A stretch of DNA of 64,000 bases from assembly GCA_025782575.1 (NCBI GenBank), contig JALGYY010000035.1:20670-84669 (forward strand), read 5' to 3'. This DNA is from a bacterium (GTDB taxonomy: Bacteria > Orphanbacterota > Orphanbacteria > Orphanbacterales > Orphanbacteraceae). Both the position numbers and the translations under genes were made by a program. Below the pieces are notes generated by a model. It ran no database searches and had not been told where the DNA came from. It saw only the letters and a program-made list of their open reading frames with translations. This document shows, one piece after another, positions 46,575 through 56,600 of the stretch; within the stretch, counting starts at the first letter, position 1; every line of letters starts with the position of its first letter.

Positions 46575-47561
46575 TTGATCGCTTACCTGATCCGGCGCCT
46601 TCTCGGCGCGATTCCTCTTCTCTTCGGGATTTCCACGCTAATCTTTTTCGTCGTTCATCTCGCACCGGGCGACCCGACGTCGCTCTACTTCAGCGAGGAT
46701 TCCGATCCCGAGATCGCCGAACTCATGCGCCACAATTTCGGCCTCGACCGGCCGCTCCCTGAGCAGTACGGAATCTGGATTTTCCGTTTCTTCCGGGGAG
46801 AGTTCGGGTGGTCCTACGGGCATCATCGCCCGGTCGCCGACGTTCTCCGGGAGGCTGTGCCCAACACATTACTTCTCTCTTCGGTCGCCCTGGTTCTGAT
46901 TTTCGTCCTCGGCGTGGCGACCGGCATGCTCTCCGCGGTAAAGCATCACTCCACTCTCGACAAGATCATCACGCTGGTTACGTTCTTCTTCTATTCCATG
47001 CCGGGCTTCTGGTTTGCACTCATGCTGTTACTTCTATTTTCGTATCAGCTCGGCTGGTTTCCGTCGTCTCACATGAGATCGATGGAATTTATCTATGAAG
47101 GACTTACGCCTCTCGGCCGTTTGGCTGACAGGCTGCACCATATCGCTCTCCCGGCGATCGCGCTCGGCCTCGGTTCGTACGCCACAGTCGCCCGCTACAC
47201 CCGCGCGAGCATGCTGGAAGTCATTCGTTCGGACTATGTCCGGACCGCCCGTGCGAAGGGATTACCTGAGCGAACTGTCCTGTTCCGTCACGCCCTTCGG
47301 AACGCCCTTCTGCCTGTGATCACGTTGCTCGGACTTCACATCCCGTTTCTCATAAGCGGCGCCGTACTGATCGAGACGATCTTCGGCTGGCCCGGCATGG
47401 GACGGGTCATCGTGACGGGAATCTTCCAGAGGGATTACCCGCTCATCATGGCGAGCACATTTCTCGCGGCGTCTATGGTAGTCGCCGGGAATCTTCTCGC
47501 GGATATCGCTTACGGGTTCGTCGATCCCCGAATCCGTCACGCCGGCGAGGAGGAACGATGA
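46575..47561 (+). CDS. Peptide ABC permease (OppB/DppB-like)
   Basis: YLIRRL, PGDP, GLDRP...QY, DYVRTARAKGL EAA motif, HALRNA. Confidence 0.95.
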   Translation: MIAYLIRRLLGAIPLLFGISTLIFFVVHLAPGDPTSLYFSEDSDPEIAELMRHNFGLDRPLPEQYGIWIFRFFRGEFGWSYGHHRPVADVLREAVPNTLLLSSVALVLIFVLGVATGMLSAVKHHSTLDKIITLVTFFFYSMPGFWFALMLLLLFSYQLGWFPSSHMRSMEFIYEGLTPLGRLADRLHHIALPAIALGLGSYATVARYTRASMLEVIRSDYVRTARAKGLPERTVLFRHALRNALLPVITLLGLHIPFLISGAVLIETIFGWPGMGRVIVTGIFQRDYPLIMASTFLAASMVVAGNLLADIAYGFVDPRIRHAGEEER

Positions 47562-48394
47562 AGAGGCCTTCTTTTGCCAGGCGCTTCCGGGCGAGCCATC
47601 TCGGTGTGGCGGGAGCGGTCGGCATGCTCATTCTATATTTTGCCGCGTTTCTCGCTCCGGTTCTCTCCCCTTATCCACCCCAGGAGCAGAACCTGCAGGC
47701 CGGCTACACGGCACCAGGAGAGGATCATCTTCTCGGTACCGACAAGTTCGGGCGGGATATTCTGAGCCGGGTACTGCACGGCTCCCGAATCTCTCTCTCC
47801 ATCGGCTTCGTGGCGGTTGCACTGTCGATTTCGCTCGGCACGATTATCGGGATGCTGGCCGGTTACTTTCGCGGCTGGGTCGATACGATTCTCATGCGGA
47901 CCGTCGATGTTCTGCTCTCTTTCCCAAGACTGATCCTGCTGCTTGCCGTGATTGCTCTCTTTCGTCCGTCCATTTATCTTCTCGTGGTCATGCTCGGGGT
48001 TACCGGATGGATGGGAACGGCCCGGATCGTACGCGGGGAAGTGCTCTCTCTCCGGGAGCGGGAATTCGTTCTAGCAGCGCGTGCGCTCGGGTTCAGCACC
48101 CCCCGTATTCTCTTCCGTCATATTCTGCCCAACATCCTCGCCCCAGTGATCGTCGCTGCCACGCTGAATATCGGAAACACGATTCTGCTGGAAGCGTCGC
48201 TCTCTTTTCTGGGGCTCGGCGTTCAGCCACCTGCCGCGAGTTGGGGAAGCGTGATCAATGATGGACGGGAAGCGCTCACTCACGCCTGGTGGATCGCCAC
48301 ATTCCCGGGCCTCGCCATACTCTTCACGGTCATCTGCTTCAATCTTGTCGGCGACGGGCTCCGGGATGCTCTCGATCCCCGCCTGGAGCGCTGA
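47558..48394 (+). CDS. Peptide ABC permease (OppC/DppC-like)
   Basis: LGTD..GRD..SR, EFV.AARA.G, HILPN, LSFLGLG, GDGLRDALDP. Confidence 0.95.
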   Translation: MKRPSFARRFRASHLGVAGAVGMLILYFAAFLAPVLSPYPPQEQNLQAGYTAPGEDHLLGTDKFGRDILSRVLHGSRISLSIGFVAVALSISLGTIIGMLAGYFRGWVDTILMRTVDVLLSFPRLILLLAVIALFRPSIYLLVVMLGVTGWMGTARIVRGEVLSLREREFVLAARALGFSTPRILFRHILPNILAPVIVAATLNIGNTILLEASLSFLGLGVQPPAASWGSVINDGREALTHAWWIATFPGLAILFTVICFNLVGDGLRDALDPRLER

Positions 48395-48474
48395 CTACGC
48401 TCAACCGACTCCCCGACCTCCTGGGGAAGAGGATCGCCCGGCTCGGACGGGGGGGGCAGCCCGACCCGCGAGAA

Positions 48475-48503
48475 TTGACGTCGGATTTCGATGGGGGTAT
48501 GGT
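48475..48503 (+). promoter_or_regulatory. Sigma-70 promoter
   Basis: TTGACG-N17-TATGGT upstream of the lipoprotein gene. Confidence 0.65.
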
Positions 48504-48593
48504 TTCCCAGTCAGTTAACTAACATTTAGAAACGTTCGTCGGCCTGCCCGATTCGGGCGGCGACTTTGGAATGATCCGATGGGGGTTCATGGA

Positions 48594-50333
48594 ATGAGAA
48601 GATTCAAGGGATTCGGAAGTCTGCTGATCGTTTGCGCGATCGGAGTCTTCGGATGCGGTGATGACAACAACGATCCGCCGCCGACCGCCCCGGATGGTTC
48701 GGACCAGATCGTGCTCACACTCGCCAACTTCGGCGAGGCTTCCCCATCTCATTACGCACTTTGGGCCAACGGGAGTGGGGGGGCGGAGCTGCTGCTACGA
48801 TTCTCCGTCGTCGATGACGCACCGATCGGTCTTGACGGCGAGCCCGCTTCAGCGACCGACCAGTCCCGTGCCCTCGCGGGATCGAGCGGTTTTACCATTA
48901 CTCTCGAGGACGACACCACTCTTTCTGCTCCGGCAGGTCCCGCTCTCGTAGCCGGAACGCTGAGTGATCTCTCTGCAATCCTCACTGTGGAAAACGGCGG
49001 CGCCCTCGGCGTCGATCTGACCGGTGCAGCCGGGAGCATGTTGCTGGATGCTCCGACGACCACCGATCCCCATGATTGCGAGCGGGGCATCTGGTTCACC
49101 GATGGAGCAGGAGCGCCGAGCCTGGCACTCCCGACACTCTCTTCCGGCTGGCGGTATGAAAGCTGGGTGATCGACCGGACGTCAGATATGGTCTACTCTA
49201 CCGGGCGCTTCGCCGGAGCCACCGGAATGGATAGCGACGGCGCCGGCTCTACAAGCGGAGACGAGCAGGCAGGTTATAATTTCCCGGGGCAGGACTTTGC
49301 TGTGGAAGCGGGAGGGATTCCTCCACTCGATCTCGATAACGGCCTTTTTGGAGTGAGCATTACGGTCGAGCCCGATCCTGATAACTCCCCCGATCCTTTT
49401 TCATTTACCATTCTGGGGAGAAACGTCGCCACAGGTACGGTCGAATTCGATTTCTCCAATCTCCCGCCGCTGGTCGAGGGGTCGGGTGCTTTCTACGAGG
49501 CGTGGGTCGCATACGATGATGACTCACTGCTGACACTCGGGGCCTTCTACTGGACAGGTATGCGAATGATCGACCCCGCTACGGGCAAGGACATTCTCGG
49601 CCTTCCCGCCCGCTGTTCCATGGAAGGTGCTTCCGGTGTTCGTGTCTCAGTCGAACGGGAAGGTGATGACGATCCGAGGCCGAGCGGAAGTTTTATTCTT
49701 GCAGGTGATCTTCAGGTCGGATCTGTAGCTCTCTCCCACAAGCACAAAGATGCGTTCGGCGACTCGATCGGTCCACCCTGGATCTCCTACATTCTGGAAG
49801 GGGCTACCACGATCGACACATCGGATTTCGAGAGCGGAATCTGGTTCTATGTAGTTGACGAGTTCGGAGATTCCCTCTCGACGCTTAATCTACCTCCCGC
49901 CCCGAGCGGATGGGTTTATCAGGGCTGGATCGATGTAGGCGGTATCGACGGATGGATTTCCCTTGGAACATTTGCGAATTCGCTCGGCGCTGATTCGGAC
50001 AGTTCCGGCCCGTGGGCGGCTGACAGCATCGAGTATCTGCCCGCGTTTCCCGGCCAGGATTTCATAGCAGGGGATGGGGCACGCAATCTGGTAGATGGCA
50101 GCACCGAGGCTGTGGTGACGATCGAGCCGGCAGACGACCATGCTCCTGACGACCCGTTCATCGAGCTTTACAGGGACAGGATCAACACGCGGAACAGGAA
50201 CGAAACCCAGGACATGGACGGGATACTCGACCTGCTCCCCGTATCACCGACGACGTTCGACGCGACCAGGGTCTACGCTCTCCAGTCTAACGGGGACAGG
50301 CTCCCCCAGGCGACCGTTCACATCGCGCGGTAG
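48594..50333 (+). CDS. Acidic lipoprotein with a tandem internal duplication
   Basis: Lipobox VFGC; two copies of GIWF...LP...GW.Y..W...G.F...DSD...FPGQDF...T.EP..D...PF. Confidence 0.8.
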   Translation: MRRFKGFGSLLIVCAIGVFGCGDDNNDPPPTAPDGSDQIVLTLANFGEASPSHYALWANGSGGAELLLRFSVVDDAPIGLDGEPASATDQSRALAGSSGFTITLEDDTTLSAPAGPALVAGTLSDLSAILTVENGGALGVDLTGAAGSMLLDAPTTTDPHDCERGIWFTDGAGAPSLALPTLSSGWRYESWVIDRTSDMVYSTGRFAGATGMDSDGAGSTSGDEQAGYNFPGQDFAVEAGGIPPLDLDNGLFGVSITVEPDPDNSPDPFSFTILGRNVATGTVEFDFSNLPPLVEGSGAFYEAWVAYDDDSLLTLGAFYWTGMRMIDPATGKDILGLPARCSMEGASGVRVSVEREGDDDPRPSGSFILAGDLQVGSVALSHKHKDAFGDSIGPPWISYILEGATTIDTSDFESGIWFYVVDEFGDSLSTLNLPPAPSGWVYQGWIDVGGIDGWISLGTFANSLGADSDSSGPWAADSIEYLPAFPGQDFIAGDGARNLVDGSTEAVVTIEPADDHAPDDPFIELYRDRINTRNRNETQDMDGILDLLPVSPTTFDATRVYALQSNGDRLPQATVHIAR

Positions 50334-50375
50334 AAAGCTGCCGGACCGGATTGCGGTATCAAGTCGGGAGGGGGG

Positions 50376-50741
50376 TTATCGGCGCCTTCCTCGTCCCGCG
50401 CCCACGCCCGGAGGCTGAGTGCCGGCCGGGTAGACGACCATGAGGTCAACGTAGTAGGGTCGATAGGGGATGGAGACCTTACGGTCGTAGTCAATCCAGA
50501 TTCGCAGGTTCCCGTTCTGCCTCCACACACGGAGATCGCGCAGTTCGAGCGGGATTCTCTTGTCCGACGCATAGCCGAGTATCTCATTCTGCACGTACTG
50601 CTCTGACCTCAGGTGGTTCTCTCGCGCGATCTCTTTCACCTTCATCGAGAGAAGCCTGTTTGCAATATGCGGAGTGGCCATGGTGAGCCCTATGTGGATC
50701 AACCCAACAAGCAGAGCGAGTTTCAGAATCCCCCTTAGCAT
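50376..50741 (-). CDS. Small membrane-anchored hypothetical protein
   Basis: ATG after GGAGG; N-terminal TM then a soluble domain; loosely DUF4845-like (unverified). Confidence 0.65.
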   Translation of the reverse strand: MLRGILKLALLVGLIHIGLTMATPHIANRLLSMKVKEIARENHLRSEQYVQNEILGYASDKRIPLELRDLRVWRQNGNLRIWIDYDRKVSIPYRPYYVDLMVVYPAGTQPPGVGAGRGRRR

Positions 50742-50764
50742 GGCAGACTTCCTCCCTGTACCGG

Positions 50765-50791
50765 TTATCGGCCTCCCGGGCAGGGATATGA
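50765..50791 (-). promoter_or_regulatory. Candidate sigma-28 promoter
   Basis: Minus strand TCATATCC-N11-GCCGATAA (perfect -10). Confidence 0.5.
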
Positions 50792-50819
50792 GCCGCCCCT
50801 GATCAATACCCCCATCTGA

Positions 50820-50846
50820 CAAAACCCCGCGGGGTGGCGGGGCTCT
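50820..50846 (-). terminator. Probable intrinsic terminator
   Basis: Minus strand GCCCCGC-loop-GCGGGGT stem followed by TTT, after the 50871 stop. Confidence 0.5.
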
Positions 50847-50870
50847 GTCTTCAATCATGGGAAGAAACGA

Positions 50871-51521
50871 TCAATATTCGGTAATCTGCACCTTTTGGGC
50901 GAATTTGTCCTCACTCAGCTTGCCCGAGGTGAAGGCGCTGATCTCCTTCATCTGAACGCGAAGCACTAGCCTGTGGTAGCCGTCGTCCCCCCAGGAAGTG
51001 TGAAGAGGAGAGGCGAATACCGTGAACCACTCGTTAGGCTTTGCTTTGGCTATTGTGTCACCATAGTCACGCATCACCTCGATGATCTCATCTTTTACTT
51101 TTCCATACTTTTCCTCATCACCCATCACATCTTCATTGTCGGCTTTTTTACCCTTCTTGCTCCCTGAGCGAATGGTAATGACCTTCTCGCCATCCTCATC
51201 TTCCTCTGTGATGATCGAGAAATCCTTGCCTAGATTCGACCAGATCGATCCGCCGAACCATCCCTCGGAATCGACGAGGCCGACTTCCAGTGTAAACACG
51301 GGGCCGTAGTCTTCGATATAAACGCCGTGGGTAGGATGGGTAGAGCGAACGAGAGCGAAACGGCTTTCCACCAGCGCCTCGTCCAGGATTTTCTCCATAA
51401 TGGAAATCTGCTTCGAGATCCGTTTGTTATCACCTGCTGTTGCATCGACACTTGTCATGAGCAGCAGGGGACCGAAAAGAACTGCCATGGTGATGGCTGA
51501 TCTGATCTTCATTCTCAGCAT
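50871..51521 (-). CDS. Exported hypothetical protein
   Basis: GGAGG SD 8 nt before ATG 51521; signal peptide ending ATA; GVYI..YG.VF motif. Confidence 0.75.
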   Translation of the reverse strand: MLRMKIRSAITMAVLFGPLLLMTSVDATAGDNKRISKQISIMEKILDEALVESRFALVRSTHPTHGVYIEDYGPVFTLEVGLVDSEGWFGGSIWSNLGKDFSIITEEDEDGEKVITIRSGSKKGKKADNEDVMGDEEKYGKVKDEIIEVMRDYGDTIAKAKPNEWFTVFASPLHTSWGDDGYHRLVLRVQMKEISAFTSGKLSEDKFAQKVQITEY

Positions 51522-51697
51522 TTCATTTGCCTCCAGATGAGCGAGAAGTACCAACTTCACCCCAAAGACGGAGATCAGGAGGCAGAGTGCTTAAACTAAT
51601 TGGGGGGAAGCTGGTAGACTTCTGGACCCGAGCGACCCACGAGGTGCGGAGCACCAGCCGGAAAAGAGCGAGGATGATCATGTCGGGAGGTGAGGAA

Positions 51698-53449
51698 ATG
51701 GCCGCGTGGGGGACCGGCTGCCGTGCCAGGCGGCTCCGGGGCATCGAAAGCGGTCGGCCTGCCGGTTCGGGGGCGCTTCTCCTCCTGCTCCTTTTCATCG
51801 CCATCTTCCCGCGGTCCACCTGCGCCGTCGAATCGGACAGCCTCACCAGCAACCCCTCTCCGGTCCGGTTCGGAGAGATCCTGATCCTCAGGAAGGACGT
51901 CTTCAATCCGTCAGTTCCCGGATTGGATCGTTTCCCATTCCGCATTCTGAACAAGCTCCACGTTGTAACCAAGGACAATGTGATTCGCGAGCAGCTTCTC
52001 ATCCGCGACGGAGATATCTTTGATCAGTCCCTTCTGGATGAATCCGAGCGAGTTCTCCGCCGCCTCAGCTTTATCGGGGCAGCGTCTGCCGTCGCCCTGG
52101 ATGAAAAGGACGGCTCACGCCGTGTGGTTGTGGAGACTCAGGATCAGTGGTCTACGAATCTCGAGCTGGAAATCGATCGATTCAAGGACTCCGACGAGGG
52201 GGATACGCGCGACGAGAACGGGTTTGAAGTAACTCTCAGTGAAGACAACTTTCTAGGATGGGGAAAGAAGATCCGGTTCCGCGCCCGGCACGAGTTCTCA
52301 GAAACACAGCTCGGCTATCTTTATGAGGATCCGAACCTGCTTGACACACGATGGATCATGAAGGGGGCGTTTCAGGATCGCTCCCGCGGCAAAGAGTGGG
52401 AGGGATTGATCCTGAGGCCTTTTTACTCGCTCGGAACGAGATGGAGTCTCGGCTGGCAATCGGTCTTCGAGGCGGAAGAGAATCTCGTTTTCCGCGACGG
52501 GATCGAAGAAGCCGTGTTTTTTCAGGAGATTCGAAATGACGAGATTTTCGTAGGGCGCATGTTCGGGCCGCGGTATCGGCGGAAGGTTCTCCTGCGCGTC
52601 TCCGCCGCCCACCGTGATCAGTCCTTTTCTGATCTCGCCTCCCCGGATGGCCAAGCGGAGATGCCCGACTTTATCCCGCCCGCCAGCCTACTTCCCGAGG
52701 GGGAGCGAGGCCCTTCCCTTATGAGCTCACTCCGGTTCGGCAGCTTCCGATTCAAAGAAGAGCGCCGCCTCGACAACTTCATCCGTGTAGAAGATGTGGA
52801 ACTCGGCGGTTTCATCGGTGTGGAGGCGGGAAGAATCGCTACCAACAGGAGCCGGTGGCGCCTGGGCGCTCAAGCCGCCTGGGGAGGAAGCTGGGGAACA
52901 GGCCGCTACTATTCGCTCTTCGGCCAGCTCATCTCACACCGACGGCGGGACAGATGGATCGAAACGGAGCTGAGCTCCGCGCTTCAGGCCTACGCTCATC
53001 TGGGAGGCTGGAACACTCTCGCCGGAAGAATCGCCCTCGACAGAGGATGGAAAATGCTGCCGGGGGATGAGTTCTTTCTGGGAGAGAACAACGGACTTCG
53101 CGGCTTCCCGGCGCGGAGTTCAGCGGGACCGAATCGGCTCCTGCTGAATGTCGAGGATCGGCTGTTCTCGGATCTCGTCCTCTATACCGTGGCTATCGGC
53201 GGCGCTCTGTTCGTCGATGGTGGAGCGGTGTGGGAAGATGGCACCGGGATTTCCTGGAACGACCTCGATGCCGGCGCGGGATTCGGTCTTCGATTCGGTT
53301 TGACCAAGTCCCGGTCATCGCCTGTGATCCGGATTGACCTGGCCCGGAATCTTACGAATGGTTCCTATCGATTCAGCGTCATATCAGGACACATATTCGC
53401 GCTCCTCCGACCTTTCCGCGAATTCACCCTCCGGCAGGAAGATCGCTGA
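51698..53449 (+). CDS. Omp85/BamA-TamA family outer membrane protein
   Basis: Signal-like hydrophobic stretch, POTRA-like TK..VI...LL...GD..ESER.LR, E.NFLG.G, LRGFP, F.D.G..W, G.GLR; start uncertain. Confidence 0.82.
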   Translation: MAAWGTGCRARRLRGIESGRPAGSGALLLLLLFIAIFPRSTCAVESDSLTSNPSPVRFGEILILRKDVFNPSVPGLDRFPFRILNKLHVVTKDNVIREQLLIRDGDIFDQSLLDESERVLRRLSFIGAASAVALDEKDGSRRVVVETQDQWSTNLELEIDRFKDSDEGDTRDENGFEVTLSEDNFLGWGKKIRFRARHEFSETQLGYLYEDPNLLDTRWIMKGAFQDRSRGKEWEGLILRPFYSLGTRWSLGWQSVFEAEENLVFRDGIEEAVFFQEIRNDEIFVGRMFGPRYRRKVLLRVSAAHRDQSFSDLASPDGQAEMPDFIPPASLLPEGERGPSLMSSLRFGSFRFKEERRLDNFIRVEDVELGGFIGVEAGRIATNRSRWRLGAQAAWGGSWGTGRYYSLFGQLISHRRRDRWIETELSSALQAYAHLGGWNTLAGRIALDRGWKMLPGDEFFLGENNGLRGFPARSSAGPNRLLLNVEDRLFSDLVLYTVAIGGALFVDGGAVWEDGTGISWNDLDAGAGFGLRFGLTKSRSSPVIRIDLARNLTNGSYRFSVISGHIFALLRPFREFTLRQEDR

Positions 53450-53463
53450 CCTGAATATTTGAT

Positions 53464-53492
53464 TTGGAGGTCCCGCGCCCCGTCCCTATCCT
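53464..53492 (+). promoter_or_regulatory. Possible sigma-70 promoter for the hem operon
   Basis: TTGGAG-N17-TATCCT. Confidence 0.4.
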
Positions 53493-53531
53493 ATATTATG
53501 GAAGCCGGTGCCCTTCGGGGGGAGAGTATTC

Positions 53532-54359
53532 ATGCATCAGTTCATCGAGGTAACCAATGCCGCCCTGCCGGTACTCTACGGCATCCTCTTTGCCGCCTAC
53601 CTCTCCGCGTTCCTGGGCAAAGGGGAGGTCTGGGTAAGACGGGTCACCAGTTTTCTCCCGTTCTTGGTTGTGCTCCATGGTGCCTACCTGGCAGGTCGTA
53701 CGATCCACCTGGGCCACATTCCGCTACTGTCACGCAGCGAGGCGATGAGCACCGTAGGGTTCTGCCTCGCGGTAATCTACCTGATCCAGGAACGGCAGGT
53801 GCGGGTGCGCGAGGTGGGAGTTTTCGTCCTCGGTCCCGCCTGGGCATTGCAGCTGTTCAGTTCGTTCCATATCCAGCATATCGTCCTGACGCAGGATCCC
53901 CAGTTTCAAGGCGCCCTCTTCCGGTTTCATGTGTTCACGTCCATACTCGCCTATGTGGGATTTGCCGTGGCGGCCTTTTACGGCGTCCTCTTCCTGCTTC
54001 TCCTCAGAGAAATCGAATCGCGAAGGCTCGGCTTCATGTTCTCACGTCTCCCCGCACTTGAAACGCTCTCCCGGATGAATTACAGGACGGTACTTCTCGC
54101 GTTCGTTCTTTTCACACTCGGTGTCATCACAGGTACGGTCTGGGCAATCCGCGTACTCGAGGATCATTCGGCCGTCGATCCCAAAATGATCGGCTCGGTC
54201 GTGATCTGGCTGATCTACGCCTCTTTTCTCGGCTTGAGCGCATTGCGGCGATGGCAAGGGCGGAGCGGCGCATTGCTCTCCCTATTCGGGTTCGCGGCCG
54301 TGCTGACCGTATTCGTGGCGCTGAACTTCCTTCTTCCTTCATTCCACGACTTCCTTTGA
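53532..54359 (+). CDS. ccsA: CcsA/HemX-family membrane protein
   Basis: About 8 TM helices, FHV, RLP.LE.L, G..TG..W, DPK....W..Y, H.F C-terminus; upstream of hemA. Confidence 0.85.
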   Translation: MHQFIEVTNAALPVLYGILFAAYLSAFLGKGEVWVRRVTSFLPFLVVLHGAYLAGRTIHLGHIPLLSRSEAMSTVGFCLAVIYLIQERQVRVREVGVFVLGPAWALQLFSSFHIQHIVLTQDPQFQGALFRFHVFTSILAYVGFAVAAFYGVLFLLLLREIESRRLGFMFSRLPALETLSRMNYRTVLLAFVLFTLGVITGTVWAIRVLEDHSAVDPKMIGSVVIWLIYASFLGLSALRRWQGRSGALLSLFGFAAVLTVFVALNFLLPSFHDFL

Positions 54360-54360
54360 T

Positions 54361-55662
54361 ATGGGCCATTCGGAGAATCAATCGAATCGGGAACGCCGTC
54401 ACCTGGTCATGGCCGGCCAGAACTATCGATCCACGCCTGTCGATCTCCGAGAACAGCTCGCGTTCGACGAGGAGACCACGAAACTGGCTATCTCCTCGTT
54501 GCTCGGAAACGGAGAGATCAGCGAGTGCGCCGTGCTGTCCACGTGCAATCGGAGCGAAGTTTATGTAGTGGCGGAATCAGTGGAGTCCGGCCTCTCCCGC
54601 ATACGTGAAACGTATACGAATCTGTTTCAGATTCCTCTGGCGACGATCGACCCCATACTCTACAAGCATCAAGGATCGAAAGCGGTGCACCAGCTGTTTG
54701 CTGTCGCCGCCGGGATCGACTCCATGGTGATCGGCGAACCTCAGATTCTCGGGCAGGTGAAAGACGCGTTCGCAGTGGCATCCCAGTCGAAAGCAACCCG
54801 CCTGATTCTGAACCGTCTGTTTTCCCAGGCGATCGAAGTGGGAAAGAAGGTGCGGACAGAGACATCGATCGGGAGCGGTGCTGTCTCGATCCCGTTCGCT
54901 GCTGTTGAAATCGTTAAGAACATCTTCGATAAGCTGGGAAATCGCTCAGCTCTCGTTGTCGGCGCAGGCGAAACGGGCGTACTCGCCGCACGGCATCTGA
55001 AAAACGCCGGTTTCGGTTCGATCGTGCTCACCAATCGGACGTTTTCCAAAGCGGCCCGTCTGGCTGAGGAGATCGGTGGATCGGCGAGACGCTTCGAGGA
55101 CCTCACCGAATGTCTTGTCGCGTCAGACGTAGTGTTGTGCGCCACATCATCCCCCGAACCGATTCTCAAGGCGGCCACGATTGCGGAGGTGGCGCGGGAC
55201 AGGAAGATGCCGTTCTTCCTGGTCGATCTCGCTGTTCCGAGGGATATCGACCCTGCGGTGCGAAAAATCTCGGGCGCCATTCTTTACGATCTCGATGATC
55301 TGAAAGTCATCGTCGATCGGAATCAGAAACAGCGCATCAAAGAAGCAGAACGAGGTCGCTCCATTCTCGAGGAAGAAGTCGGGCGATTCGGCCGCTGGAT
55401 GGACGCCCTTGATTCTACCCTGACCATCAGGCTCCTCCGGTCCAAGCTCGAGCGCATCAGCGGAGCCGAGCTCGAGCGTCACGGAAAGGGGCTCTCCCCC
55501 GAGGAGAAAAAACATCTCCAGCGATTCGCTCATGGCCTGCTTAACAAGATCCTTCACACGCCCACATTGCGCCTCAAGTCGATGAACGGCTCCAGTGCAA
55601 GCTCGGAGGAGCAGCGTATTGTGAAAGATCTGTTCGCGCTGGAAGAGGAGGATGGGGAATGA
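54361..55662 (+). CDS. hemA: Glutamyl-tRNA reductase
   Basis: LSTCNR.E, G.DSM..GE.QILGQVK, GAGE, NRT, DLAVPRD. Confidence 0.97.
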   Translation: MGHSENQSNRERRHLVMAGQNYRSTPVDLREQLAFDEETTKLAISSLLGNGEISECAVLSTCNRSEVYVVAESVESGLSRIRETYTNLFQIPLATIDPILYKHQGSKAVHQLFAVAAGIDSMVIGEPQILGQVKDAFAVASQSKATRLILNRLFSQAIEVGKKVRTETSIGSGAVSIPFAAVEIVKNIFDKLGNRSALVVGAGETGVLAARHLKNAGFGSIVLTNRTFSKAARLAEEIGGSARRFEDLTECLVASDVVLCATSSPEPILKAATIAEVARDRKMPFFLVDLAVPRDIDPAVRKISGAILYDLDDLKVIVDRNQKQRIKEAERGRSILEEEVGRFGRWMDALDSTLTIRLLRSKLERISGAELERHGKGLSPEEKKHLQRFAHGLLNKILHTPTLRLKSMNGSSASSEEQRIVKDLFALEEEDGE

Positions 55663-56600
55663 ATCGATCTCTCCGTCTCGGTACACGAGGGAGCCCGCTC
55701 GCCCTCTGGCAGGCCGATCGCGTACAGAACGACCTGCGGAAGATCTACCCGGATCATTCCGTTGAGGTGGTAATCCTCAAAACGACAGGCGACAAGAACC
55801 AGACGAGCCCACTGGCCGAGATCGGTACAAGCGCGCTCTTCACCGCCGAGATCGATCGCGCTCTACTTTCGGGAGAAGTAGATTTCGGGGTTCACAGCCT
55901 GAAAGACTGCGAATCCGTACTGGAGTCGGGGATCTATCTCGCGGCCGTCCTTGAGCGAGGATCTCCGTTCGATTCATTCGTTCCTGCAGAGGGAGTCGAA
56001 TCCGTCGGTTTTTCTTCTCTTCTCGAGGGCTCATCGATTGCCACGGGGAGCTTGAGGCGGCGGGCACAAATCCTGGCCGCCCGTCCCGATCTCGTCGTGG
56101 AGGAGCTCCGTGGAAACATCGACACCCGTCTGGAGCAGCGTAACAGGCCGGGTCTTGCCGGCGTCCTCATGGCCGAGGCGGCGCTGCTTCGACTGGGTCG
56201 TCATGTAAAGCGCGAGGTACTTCCCGCTGAAATCATGTTGCCGGCGGTCTGCCAGGGGATTGTCGGAATCACCACCAGGGAAGGGGATGAGGAGATCGCC
56301 ACGTTCGTCCGGGCCATCAACTGTGAGGAGACGATGAGCCGAGCCCTCGCCGAGCGGGCTATGCTTCGCGTACTGGAGGGGGGGTGCCGAGTCCCGGCGG
56401 GCGCCTTCGCTGTGAGAAACGGAGACACGATTCATCTGCGGGCACTGATTGCAGCGGTCGATGGAAGCCGGGTGGTCACCAGGGAGGGCTCCGCTGACGT
56501 GTACCAAGGCGAAAGCCTCGGCCGCCGACTGGGAGAGGAGATCCTCGCCGCCGGAGGAGCCGAGATCCTTAACGACATTCGCTTCGAGGATCTCCCTTGA
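55659..56600 (+). CDS. hemC: Porphobilinogen deaminase
   Basis: GTRGS.LALWQ, VHSLKD, SLRR.AQ, RGN.DTR, LEGGC. Confidence 0.97.
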   Translation: MNRSLRLGTRGSPLALWQADRVQNDLRKIYPDHSVEVVILKTTGDKNQTSPLAEIGTSALFTAEIDRALLSGEVDFGVHSLKDCESVLESGIYLAAVLERGSPFDSFVPAEGVESVGFSSLLEGSSIATGSLRRRAQILAARPDLVVEELRGNIDTRLEQRNRPGLAGVLMAEAALLRLGRHVKREVLPAEIMLPAVCQGIVGITTREGDEEIATFVRAINCEETMSRALAERAMLRVLEGGCRVPAGAFAVRNGDTIHLRALIAAVDGSRVVTREGSADVYQGESLGRRLGEEILAAGGAEILNDIRFEDLP

